A stretch of 64,000 nt of DNA from Lytechinus pictus (lineage: Eukaryota), in NCBI RefSeq assembly GCF_037042905.1, contig NC_087250.1:19408001-19472000 (forward strand). Reading direction: 5' to 3'. Position 1 is the first letter of the stretch. Every line of letters begins with the position of its first letter. Below are positions 51,781 to 64,000 of the stretch, in pieces. The notes under the pieces are model-generated. The model had not been told where the DNA came from, did not search any database, and saw only the letters and a list, made by a program, of their open reading frames with translations. The position numbers and the translations under genes were made by a program.

Positions 51781-54700
51781 AATTCACACAAATAACCATA
51801 ACTTTTCGGCAGCCAATCATAGCTGATGACGTATCCAAGATCAGAATATTCTTGAACTGGTGCTGAATATTATAGGCCTATCTTAGCTAGACGAATACGC
51901 AATCCCCGGTCTTCTGTCTTCGTTTTCCAGACACCCAACAACAGGTTTGGAAAACGAAGACCGAAGACCGGGGACATGCGTAATGTCAATGGTAGTAAAA
52001 TATAGTTGCACTGCAAACGCCAGTTGAGTTGAGTCTGCTTACAAGTACGTGATTGCGCAGTATGAGGTGTATTGTATGCAAGTTTTCAGTTTCATGACAG
52101 TTTTCAGAATTGCAATGGCTGAATTCCGTGGGTGAAATATGTACGTTATCCTTAATATCATGCCCTAGCTGATAACGATATTCACACAAATAACCATAAA
52201 TTATCCGCAGCCAATCATATAGCTGATGACGTATCCAAGATCGGAATATCCTTGCACTGGTGCTGAATATTATAGGCCTATCTTAGCTAGACGAATACGC
52301 AATCCCCGGTCTTCTGTCTTCGTTTTCCAGACACCCAACAACAGGTTTGGAAAACGAAGACCGAAGACCGGGGACATGCGTAATGTCAATGGCAGTAAAA
52401 TAGTTGCAAACGCCAGTTGAGATGAGTCTGCTTGTACGTGATTGCGCAGTATGGGGTGTATTGTATGCAAGTTTTCAGTTTTATGACAGTTTTCAGAATT
52501 GCAATGGCTGAATTCCGTGGGTGAAATATGTACATTATAATTGTTATCTATCCTTATTAATCATGCCCTAGCTGATAACGATATTCACACAAATAACCAT
52601 AACTTATCCGCAGCCAATCATAGCTGATGACGTATCCAAGATCAGAAATATTCTTAAACTGGAGCTGAATATTATAGGCCTATCTTAGCTAGACGAATAC
52701 GCAATCCCCGGTCTTCTGTCTTCGTTTTCCAGACACCCAACAACAGGTTTGGAAAACGAAGACCGAAGACCGGGGACATGCGTAATGTCAATGGTAGTAA
52801 AATAGTTGCAAACGCCAGTTGAGTTGAGTCTGCTTGTACGTGATTGCGCAGTATGGGGTGTATTGTATGCAAGTTTTCAGTTTCATGACAGTTTTCAGAA
52901 TTGCAATGGCTGAATTCCGTGGGTGAAATATGTACATTATAATTGTTATCTATCCTTATTAATCATGCCCTAGCTGATAACGATATTCACAGAAATAACC
53001 ATAAATTATCCGCAGCCAATCATAGCTGATGACGTATCCAAGATCGGAATATCCTTGCACTGGTGCTGAATATTATAGGCCTATCTTAGCTAGACGAATA
53101 CGCAATCCCCGGTCTTCTGTCTTCGTTTTCCAGACACCCAACAACAGGTTTGGAAAACGAAGACCGAAGACCGGGGACATGCGTAATGTCAATGGTAGTA
53201 AAATAGTTGCAAACGCCAGTTGAGATGAGTCTGCTTGTACGTGATTGCGCAGTATGGGGTGTATTGTATGCAAGTTTTCAGTTTTATGACAGTTTTCAGA
53301 ATTGCAATGGCTGAATTCCGTGGGTGAAATATGTACATTATAATTGTTATCTATCCTTATTAATCATGCCCTAGCTGATAACGATATTCACACAAATAAC
53401 CATAACTTATCCGCAGCCAATCATAGCTGATGACGTATCCAAGATCAGAAATATTCTTAAACTGGAGCTGAATATTATAGGCCTATCTTAGCTAGACGAA
53501 TACGCAATCCCCGGTCTTCTGTCTTCGTTTTCCAGACACCCAACAACAGGTTTGGAAAACGGAGACCGAAGACCGGGGACATGCGTAATGTCAATGGTAG
53601 TAAAATAGTTGCAAACGCCAGTTGAGTTGAGTCTGCTTGTACGTGATTGCGCAGTATGGGGTGTATTATGCAAATTTTCAGTTTTATGACAGTTTTCAGA
53701 ATTGCAATGGCTGAATTCCGTGGGTGAAATATGTACATTATTATTGTTATCTATCCTTATTAATCATGCCCTAGCTGATAACGATATTCACAGAAATAAC
53801 CATAAATTATCCGCAGCCAATCATAGCTGATGACGTATCCAAGATCGGAATATCCTTGCACTGGTGCTGAATATTATAGGCCTATCTTAGCTAGACGAAT
53901 ACGCAATCCCCGGTCTTCTGTCTTCGTTTTCCAGACACCCAACAACAGGTTTGGAAAACGAAGACCGAAGACCGGGGACATGCGTAATGTCAATGGTAGT
54001 AAAATAGTTGCAAACGCCAGATGTGTTGAGTCTGCCTGTACGTGATTGCGCAGTATGAGGTGTATTGTATGCAAGTTTTCAGTTTTATGACAGTTTTCGG
54101 AATTGCAATGGCTGAATTCCGTGGGTGAAATATGTACGTTATAATATCATGCCCTAGCTGCATGATAACGATATTCACACAAATAACCATAACTTATCCG
54201 CAGCCAATCATAGCTGATGACGTATCCAAGATCAGAATATTCTTAAACTGGAGCTGAATATTATAGGCCTATCTTAGCTAGACGAATACGCAATCCCCGG
54301 TCTTCTGTCTTCGTTTTCCAGACACCCAACAACAGGTTTGGAAAACGAAGACCGAAGACCGGGGACATGCGTAATGTCAATGGTAGTAAAATAGTTGCAA
54401 ACGCCAGTTGTGTTGAGTCTGCCTGTACGTGATTGCGCAGTATGAGGTGTATTGTATGCAAGTTTTCAGTTTTATGACAGTTTTCGGAATTGCAATGGCT
54501 GAATTCCGTGGGTGAAATATGTACGTTATCCTTAATATCATGCCCTAGCTGATAACGATATTCACACAAATAACCATAACTTATCCGCAGCCAATCATAG
54601 CTGATGACGTATCCAAGATCAGAATATATTCTTAAACTGGAGCTGAATATTATAGGCCTATCTTAGCTAGACGAATACGCAATCCCCGGTCTTCTGTCTT

Positions 54701-55330
54701 CGTTTTCCAGACACCCAACAACAGGTTTGGAAAACGAAGACCGAAGACCGGGGACATGCGTAATGTCAATGGTAGTAAAATAGTTGCAAACGCCAGTTGA
54801 GTTGAGCCTGCTTGTACGTGATTGCGCAGTATGGGGTGTATTGTACGCAAGTTTTCAGTTTTATGACAGTTTTCAGAATTGCAGTGGCTGAATTCCGTGG
54901 GTGAAATGTGTACGTTATCCTTAATATCATGCCCTAGCTGATAATGATATTCACACAAATAACCATAACTTATCCGCAGCCAATCATAGCTGATGACGTA
55001 TCCAAGATCAGAATATTCTTGAACTGGTGCTGAATATTATAGGCCTATCTTAGCTAGACGAATTGACGCGATCCCCGGTCTTCTGTCTTCGTTTTCCAGA
55101 CACCCAACAACAGGTTTGGAAAACGAAGATCGAAGACCGGGGACCCGTGCATTGTCAATGGGAGAACATGTGTCGGGGCAAGGTCCAAAGTCCATTCTAA
55201 CCCGCGCACGTGTTTTGTACACACTTTGCACTGCTTTGTACACACTTCGGGCGTGAACTACAAACGCTTTCACACGAGCGTGATATGAGTCCCCGGTCTT
55301 CGGTCTTCGGTCTTCGTTTTCCAGACACCC
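51781..55330 (-). repeat. Inverted tandem array of the same ~390-400-bp hairpin unit
   Basis: Hairpins at 51904, 52304, 52706, 53107, 53509, 53908, 54295, 54684 and 55073, plus a half-hairpin at 55291. Reverse complement of unit A. Confidence 0.95.
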
Positions 55331-56178
55331 CACCATTAACTACTCCTATGGGCCATGGTCTGTGTGTTTTTATCCTGGTTTTGAATTGTGGGCATAAATT
55401 TTTTTTTAAAGACCCAAAAAATCACCTTCTTAGTTTTGTTGTCATCCATACGCGCCCCTCATCCGGCTCCCGGAACCACCAATCAGTATGAGTTTTTTTA
55501 TTCTTATCATTATTATTTTTTGTTGTATTCAGTAGTTTTTTTTTTTTTACAACTTCAATTCATATACAAAATAGAATACATATAACAAATAGAAGTTGGA
55601 TGTCTTTACAAATTGATGCATACCTTGACAACTCATAAATTAAACATCATTTTCTTCCCCTTAAGTGTTGCAATAAAACACAATGTCAGACATCTTCCAA
55701 TACATAATTATTAATCATTACCAATGCTAATCGATGTTTATAAGTTTTTTCGTTCCAACTTCATTAGATAATCGTATACTCTTGATACCGATATCTTTTA
55801 ACTTACTTTCAATTTCAATTCGTGCTTTTGTAGACACGGTACACAAAATCTATTGATTTATAGTTCACTATCTTCAAAATCCTTATTGGTCGGGCGCTAT
55901 TGGTCGATAACTCCAGCGCGATCGGCCGGCATTCAAGTTCCCCCGCGCTGGCATTGCTTTATATGTTTATAACGAACGATCCCATTGGTTGATTTAACGT
56001 CATGACATTAAATCGTTGAGCAGTAATTCGGAATTACGTCGTGTAGTAATTATTTACTACACGACGTAATTCTTTAGGTATAGTGTAGTAATTGGAATTA
56101 CTACACTACGTAATTATTTACGTCGTGTAGTAATTCGAATTACTACACGACCTTAATTATTTGATGTAGCGACACTAA

Positions 56179-57987
56179 CCCTGATAGCAGACACGGTCGT
56201 AATGACGTCATTAACTGATCGTAAAGTGGTAATACTCGTCATGTCGTCGTATTTATGACGTTCTTACGACGTCATTTTGATGACTTAGAATGGCAACTTT
56301 CACTTGCATTTTTATTTGACCAGATTATGACGTGATTTTGACGTCATTTACTGACCAATTTACGACAAGTAAATTTGCTCGCTTATATGACCAGATTATG
56401 ACGTGATTACGACGTCATTTACTGACCAATTTACGACAAGTAAATTTGCTTTCTTATATGACCAGATTATTACGTGGTTACGACGTCATTTATCGACCAA
56501 TCTGCAACAAATGAATTTGCATTTTTATATGACCACATTATGACGTGATTATGACATCATTTATTTACCAAACAACGACAAAGAAATTTGCGTTTTCATA
56601 TGACCACATTACGACGTGATTATGACATCAAATTTTACCAATCAACGACGAGGAAATTTACAAGTTTAATTTCAAAGCCACATACTATTTTGCCATTTTT
56701 TCAACCTTGCCATGTTAGCAATTAAGGCTATTTCTACTTATAAAAGGAAAAGTAAAACTAAAAAAAAAAATAGTACAGAATTTTTTTTATTTTAGGTAAA
56801 GTATGTAATTCTTCAAAGAAAAAAAGTTTCAAAAGCAGTGGCAAAAATAATCATTTCTTAACTGGTTGCCAACCAAACCAAACAAGAGGAAGCTTTATAT
56901 GTCAAAGAAGTTTGTATCTATTTTAAAACTTTTTTTTCGCAAGTGGTGTCATGCCCCGGTGTCATGCAAACCCCCTATCTAGTTAGCTCACCCCCCCCCC
57001 CCCCCATGCACGCCCCCCGGGCTCACCCCCTATAAAAAATTCATGATCCGCAGAATTAATTCGCCGCCGGGCGTCGAGCCTGCGCATGCGCACTGCACTG
57101 CATGCAACTGGCGCAGTCGCAACCATTTAATTTGAAAAAGGAATGCGCTCGTCTTTCGCCGTTAAATGTTGCAGCCTAATTTTGGATCGAGAATTAAGTG
57201 CGACGAAGATGGCCGTTAATAATAGTTCTACTACTTTAAGAACACGGTTCAGATTTGGATAACGACTTCGAAGGCATTCGCAGGAGACCAAACAGTAAGT
57301 TAGATAACCATCTTCTAAGATTTTCTTTTCGGAGCGCGGCTTGCCTTTGGCTTTAGATTTCGTGCACTGACACTGCCCGGCCGGGGTGGCTGGCCCGAGC
57401 GCCGGCATGCTGAATAGGACAGGCTTCGCTTCGCTGGTGGGCTCAGGGCCCAAGTCTGCACAGACACAGTGCACACTTTAAGGTAAATGCCAGTTGTGGT
57501 AACGATATCAAAATGAGTTCGTACAGAATCCAATGAAATGACCACCAAAGTGTCTGTCTATATTTATAAATAATATACCGTATGTGCCAAAGGATTCTGG
57601 AAGAAATTGTGTAATTGCTGCGAAATAAGCAAAAAAAGCACAGGATTCGGGTCAACTCGAGCCAAGGCAAGCGTCGGGCTGACATTAATCAGAGCAATAA
57701 TAACTGTCCCACGTGCTCTTAAGTCTTATCTGTGTTGGTGATCTTCAGTTTGAACATTTTTCAGTGTAGATTTCAAGATTTCACAAAGTTCAGTTTATGT
57801 AACTGTACCAGATCTACATGTACTAATATGTAGATCCTCGATGATATACCGTACTGACAATTTTTTTAATCCTAAATCTACCGGGGTATTTTGATTCTTG
57901 TCATTCCCGGGGGGGGGGGTATTATTGCCCCCCCTTATAAGATCTCGGCCGTGGATTGCACGATCACAACGAAAATTTGCATGATGG
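56179..57987. mobile_element. Truncated inverted copy of the right end of the 44018-51570 element
   Basis: Starts CCCTGATAGCAGACACGG and is the reverse complement of ~49537-51570, with few substitutions and an internal deletion of about 49705-49950. Confidence 0.9.
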
Positions 57988-59251
57988 GGCCAAATTCGCT
58001 ATTGTGCCCAAGCGCCATTAAAACTGCTCAGCCCAGTGAAAATTCTTATCGCTAGACGTGCGTAAGAGCATGTGCGACCGGTGTCACACATGACCGCACA
58101 ATAACAAAGCTCAGTCAGCGGGATATCGGCGTTCAGTGAAGTGGCGTGTTAATGGGTATTTCAGCTGTGCGAGAGGGGGGCGGGGATTAGGGATTGGGGG
58201 GGGGGGGAGAAGGGGCACTAAAATATATGAAATCGGCGGGTTTTCAATAAAATACTATGTGCATCGTATTTTCGTTTTCTTTTTGTGTTTCCTGTATGAT
58301 ACATGGTGGGTGGATTTATTCCTCATTCATTCTTTCCATCCAATTTATTCATCATACTGTACATTTCATTTCATATTATATTACATAACACTGTTTTACT
58401 AACCTTATTTTTTCTGCCCTTGATGGGAATCGAACTCGAACCTTTTGATCTGCAGTCCAGCATCGTAGTCAGCACGCCACATGAGATGAGCTGACAGCCG
58501 AACCTGGTTTAGCGCTCAAGTCGTACGGAGGTTTCCCGATCCCCGGCGGCAGTTAGCAGGCCAGGGAATCAACGATCAGTGATTTAATTAATTAGAAAAT
58601 ATATATATTTTAGGATCCAGGGGCTATAGATAATGGTACCAATAATTCCAAACAGGATTTTGTTATTTTTTTCACTTCGTTTATATTATCGCTATGTATT
58701 TTAACACGATGTGCGTTTACTATTGAGTATATTGAGTCACCTGAAATAACACCCGGAACATTTCTCTGTTTAGGCAACAGGGGGCCTAAACATGGAACAA
58801 AAAACTCACGCAACTAGTTTGCACTTGATGTTCGTAGTCGGCGTGTAGGCCTAAAACTTAATTTTAACATATATATAGCTTCCTTTTTTTTCATTCTAAA
58901 CTCCCAAGTTATCCTCTCTACAGCAAACATCATGTCGCTATCGGTCCGCCAATATACGATCTTCTCGGATATTTTCAAATAAATGTGGCATTTTGGTAGG
59001 CACGGCAAAATTGAAAAAAAAAGTATGCACAAGAAATTGTAAATAATTTCATATACTCACTTTTGCAATATCCTTCTTGGTTATATATAAATACCCCGTT
59101 ATATTGAATTTTAACCTCCTTCACTCCTTCCGCCAAAATATTCCAAGTCAACAAATTTCCTCATTTTTTTTTCGCCCGGCAAGCTCATCAATCATCTCTC
59201 TCATTAAACCTTTCTTTCTTCACTCTAATCCTCTCAAACACTCTAATCCTC

Positions 59252-62200
59252 TTGTTTATAGTCTTCATTCTTTATGGTGTATATTGCTTTATTACGTGTC
59301 TCTGTGTCTCTGTGTCTTTTTTTTCTTTTTTTCATCTGTTCATGATTTTATTTATTCATGAACTTTCACTTTATGCTGTATTTTTATGTTGTTTCTCAAT
59401 TTTCTTCCTTCGCAATATTGCTTTATTCCGTAATTGTTAAACTCTATATAGGGCATTTTATTATGTCCAACATTTTTGCGTATCTTTTCTACTCTTCCAT
59501 CGTCACCCTATCATAAATGGATTTTGTCAATGTTAGCTTATTTTTATTTTCCTCAAGAAAGAGCAAGACGAACTTTTAATGGTACAGATGTATATTTCAA
59601 AGGTGATTAGCTGCAAATATACGGAATAAAGGAAAAACACATGTTAAAACGCAATTTGATTTTTTTGATGGGCAAATTGATTAAGGTGCTAGTATAGTGA
59701 CAAACTTCACTAAATACGGGATAAAGTTTATAGAGAAAACGGAAAACTTGGTGAGCATAGGGACGAATCAACCGAGATTCTAATAATTACTATTGACCGG
59801 AGGGTGGGAAAAGTGGTGTTCTGGGTTTGAAATGTCTGGCTGGGCGGGGGGTAGAGCGAAGAAAAAGTATATAAGGCAACAAAAATGGGAGGCATATTCG
59901 GGTGTTAGTATAAAATCTTCAACAAAATACGTAAAAACCGATATAGTAAAGTTGAAACGCAATAATAGATTTTTTTTTTTTTTTTGGGGGGGGGCATAAT
60001 TATTTAGGTGCTAATAAAGAGTGACAATTAAGCTTCACCAAAATACGGAATAAAGTAATAAAGAAAAGTTTGTGGGCATAAAGTACTAAGTGATGATCGA
60101 GCCAAGATTCTTAATTCTCTATTGCTTTAGTCCGTATCAATTTGATGCAGTATAGAGTGACTGCATAAAAAAATAAAATAAAGCAATACAGAAATGTTGG
60201 CATATTAAGGTGCTGGTATAAAGTGACAAACTTATCAAAATACGGAATAAAGCGATATAGAAAATTTTAACACAATTTAATATTCTGTGGGTATATTAAG
60301 GTGCTAGTATAGAGTGACAAACTTCATAAATATACGGAATAAAGCAATATAGAAAAGTTGGGCATATTAAGTTGCTAGTATACATGCAGGCCCAAATTTC
60401 TTGAAATATGGAATAAAGCAAGAGAGAAATGTTCTCCTTTCATTGATTCCTCAAAAAATAAATATGTTATTTTTATACAATTGTTTTACTAGTGATGATT
60501 CTGATTTTAATGTTATTGATATCGAATTCATTCACTATTTGTATAGAACCTAAGTTACACCTTTATCTTTTTGTATATATTGTTATTTCATTTTAACAGG
60601 ACCATGTTTAAAAACAGTGAATCTGAGCTTGTTATCCTGTATAAAGATATTTAAATAAATAAATAAATTTGTTATATTTGTTTATAGTCTTCATTCCTTA
60701 TGGTGTATATTGCTTTATTACGTGTCTCTGTGTCTTTTTTTTCTTTTTTTCATCTGTTCATGATTTTATTTATTCATGAACTTTCACTTTATGCTGTATT
60801 TTTATGTTGTTTCTCAATTTTCTTCCTTCGCAATATTGCTTTATTCCGTAATTGTTAAACTCTATATAGGGCATTTTATTATGTCCAACATTTTTGCGTA
60901 TCTTTTCTACTCTTCCATCGTCACCCTATCATAAATGGATTTTGTCAATGTTAGCTTATTTTTATTTTCCTCAAGAAAGAGCAAGACGAACTTTTAATGG
61001 TACAGATGTATATTTCAAAGGTGATTAGCTGCAAATATACGGAATAAAGGAAAAACACATGTTAAAACGCAATTTGATTTTTTTGATGGGCAAATTGATT
61101 AAGGTGCTAGTATAGTGACAAACTTCACTAAATACGGGATAAAGTTTATAGAGAAAACGGAAAACTTGGTGAGCATAGGGACGAATCAACCGAGATTCTA
61201 ATAATTACTATTGACCGGAGGGTGGGAAAAGTGGTGTTCTGGGTTTGAAATGTCTGGCTGGGCGGGGGGTAGAGCGAAGAAAAAGTATATAAGGCAACAA
61301 AAATGGGAGGCATATTCGGGTGTTAGTATAAAATCTTCAACAAAATACGTAAAAACCGATATAGTAAAGTTGAAACGCAATAATAGATTTTTTTTTTTTT
61401 TGGGGGGGGGCATAATTATTTAGGTGCTAATAAAGAGTGACAATTAAGCTTCACCAAAATACGGAATAAAGTAATAAAGAAAAGTTTGTGGGCATAAAGT
61501 ACTAAGTGATGATCGAGCCAAGATTCTTAATTCTCTATTGCTTTAGTCCGTATCAATTTGATGCAGTATAGAGTGACTGCATAAAAAAATAAAATAAAGC
61601 AATACAGAAATGTTGGCATATTAAGGTGCTGGTATAAAGTGACAAACTTATCAAAATACGGAATAAAGCGATATAGAAAATTTTAACACAATTTAATATT
61701 CTGTGGGTATATTAAGGTGCTAGTATAGAGTGACAAACTTCATAAATATACGGAATAAAGCAATATAGAAAAGTTGGGCATATTAAGTTGCTAGTATACA
61801 TGCAGGCCCAAATTTCTTGAAATATGGAATAAAGCAAGAGAGAAATGTTCTCCTTTCATTGATTCCTCAAAAAATAAATATGTTATTTTTATACAATTGT
61901 TTTACTAGTGATGATTCTGATTTTAATGTTATTGATATCGAATTCATTCACTATTTGTATAGAACCTAAGTTACACCTTTATCTTTTTGTATATATTGTT
62001 ATTTCATTTTAACAGGACCATGTTTAAAAACAGTGAATCTGAGCTTGTTATCCTGTATAAAGATATTTAAATAAATAAATAAATTTGTTATATTTGTTTA
62101 TAGTCTTCATTCCTTATGGTGTATATTGCTTTATTACGTGTCTCTGTGTCTTTTTTTTCTTTTTTTCATCTGTTCATGATTTTATTTATTCATGAACTTT

Positions 62201-64000
62201 CACTTTATGCTGTATTTTTATGTTGTTTCTCAATTTTCCTCCTTCGCAATATTGCTTTATTCCGTAATTGTTAAACTCTATATAGGGCATCTTATTATGT
62301 CCAACATTTTTGCGTATCTTTTCTACTCTTCCATCGTCACCCTATCATAAATGGATTTTGTCAATGTTAGCTTATTTTTATTTTCCTCAAGAAAGAGCAA
62401 GACGAACTTTTAATGGTACAGATGTATATTTCAAAGGTGATTAGCTGCAAATATACGGAATAAAGGAAAAACACATGTTAAAACGCAATTTGATTTTTTT
62501 GATGGGCAAATTGATTAAGGTGCTAGTATAGTGACAAACTTCACTAAATACGGGATAAAGTTTATAGAGAAAACGGAAAACTTGGTGAGCATAGGGACGA
62601 ATCAACCGAGATTCTAATAATTACTATTGACCGGAGGGCGGGAAAAGTGGTGTTCTGGGTTTGAAATGTCTGGCTGGGCGGGGGGTAGAGCGAAGAAAAA
62701 GTATATAAGGCAACAAAAATGGTAGGCATATTCGGGTGTTAGTATAAAATCTTCAACAAAATACGTAAAAACCGATATAGTAAAGTTGAAACGCAATAAT
62801 AGATTTTTTTTTTTTTTGGGGGGGGGGCATAATTATTTAGGTGCTAATAAAGAGTGACAATTAAGCTTCACCAAAATACGGAATAAAGTAATAAAGAAAA
62901 GTTTGTGGGCATAAAGTACTAAGTGATGATCGAGCCAAGATTCTTAATTCTCTATTGCTTTAGTCCGTATCAATTTGATGCAGTATAGAGTGACTGCATA
63001 AAAAAATAAAATAAAGCAATACAGAAATGTTGGCATATTAAGGTGCTGGTATAAAGTGACAAACTTATCAAAATACGGAATAAAGCGATATAGAAAATTT
63101 TAACACAATTTAATATTCTGTGGGTATATTAAGGTGCTAGTATAGAGTGACAAACTTCATAAATATACGGAATAAAGCAATATAGAAAAGTTGGGCATAT
63201 TAAGTTGCTAGTATACATGCAGGCCCAAATTTCTTGAAATATGGAATAAAGCAAGAGAGAAATGTTCTCCTTTCATTGATTCCTCAAAAAATAAATATGT
63301 TATTTTTATACAATTGTTTTACTAGTGATGATTCTGATTTTAATGTTATTGATATCGAATTCATTCACTATTTGTATAGAACCTAAGTTACACCTTTATC
63401 TTTTTGTATATATTGTTATTTCATTTTAACAGGACCATGTTTAAAAACAGTGAATCTGAGCTTGTTATCCTGTATAAAGATATTTAAATAAATAAATAAA
63501 TTTGTTATATTTGTTTATAGTCTTCATTCCTTATGGTGTATATTGCTTTATTACGTGTCTCTGTGTCTTTTTTTTCTTTTTTTCATCTGTTCATGATTTT
63601 ATTTATTCATGAACTTTCACTTTATGCTGTATTTTTATGTTGTTTCTCAATTTTCTTCCTTCGCAATATTGCTTTATTCCGTAATTGTTAAACTCTATAT
63701 AGGGCATTTTATTATGTCCAACATTTTTGCGTATCTTTTCTACTCTTCCATCGTCACCCTATCATAAATGGATTTTGTCAATGTTAGCTTATTTTTATTT
63801 TCCTCAAGAAAGAGCAAGACGAACTTTTAATGGTACAGATGTATATTTCAAAGGTGATTAGCTGCAAATATACGGAATAAAGGAAAAACACATGTTAAAA
63901 CGCAATTTGATTTTTTTGATGGGCAAATTGATTAAGGTGCTAGTATAGTGACAAACTTCACTAAATACGGGATAAAGTTTATAGAGAAAACGGAAAACTT
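59252..64000. repeat. ~1417-bp tandem satellite, at least 3.3 near-identical copies, extending past the window
   Basis: Unit starts at 59252, 60678, 62094 and 63511; internal subrepeats ATTAAGGTGCTAGTATAGAGTGACAAACTTC...ACGGAATAAAG. Confidence 0.97.

Larger units (their letters stand above)
19350..56178. mobile_element. Large inverted-repeat (foldback-like) structure with modular arms
   Basis: ~19524-20365 is the near-identical reverse complement of ~55331-56178. The same hairpin-bearing tandem units continue inward in opposite orientations (20889-39467 and 51781-55330). Termini and TSD are not resolved; the right end is cut by the insertion at 56179. Confidence 0.7.

Noticed and set aside
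58414..58482. tRNA-like sequence on the minus strand
   Set aside because: Only a B-box-like GTTCGATTCCC is recognisable; too degenerate to call.
59780..62796. Repeated 60-71-aa ORFs in the 1417-bp satellite
   Set aside because: Non-ATG starts and variable ends at homopolymers; the + strand frame is broken by a stop in the third copy.

Overview
AT-rich eukaryotic genomic DNA. The repeat families and poly-G/C MITEs suggest a marine invertebrate, probably a sea urchin; this is inferred, not shown. The window is almost entirely nested non-autonomous DNA transposons and tandem arrays, and I found no transposase ORF. Main structures: (1) a ~6.6-kb foldback element (10368-17011); (2) a ~37-kb inverted-repeat structure (~19350-56178) whose arms carry ~400/520-bp tandem units, each with a 70-bp hairpin; (3) inside its left arm, a 14-kb CCC...GGG element (21446-35437; 21-bp TIR, 2-bp TSD, subterminal repeat arrays; CMC/EnSpm-like) that carries a spliced minus-strand gene missed by the ORF track, with six phase-compatible exons (262 aa) plus a last exon resembling the C-terminal end of a BEN domain; (4) a second CCC...GGG element (44018-51570, TSD GA) holding LINE remnants, with a truncated inverted copy at 56179-57987; (5) a tRNA-like cassette between 112-bp direct repeats; (6) a ~1417-bp satellite running off the right edge. 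Nearly all ORFs in the supplied track are spurious repeat translations.
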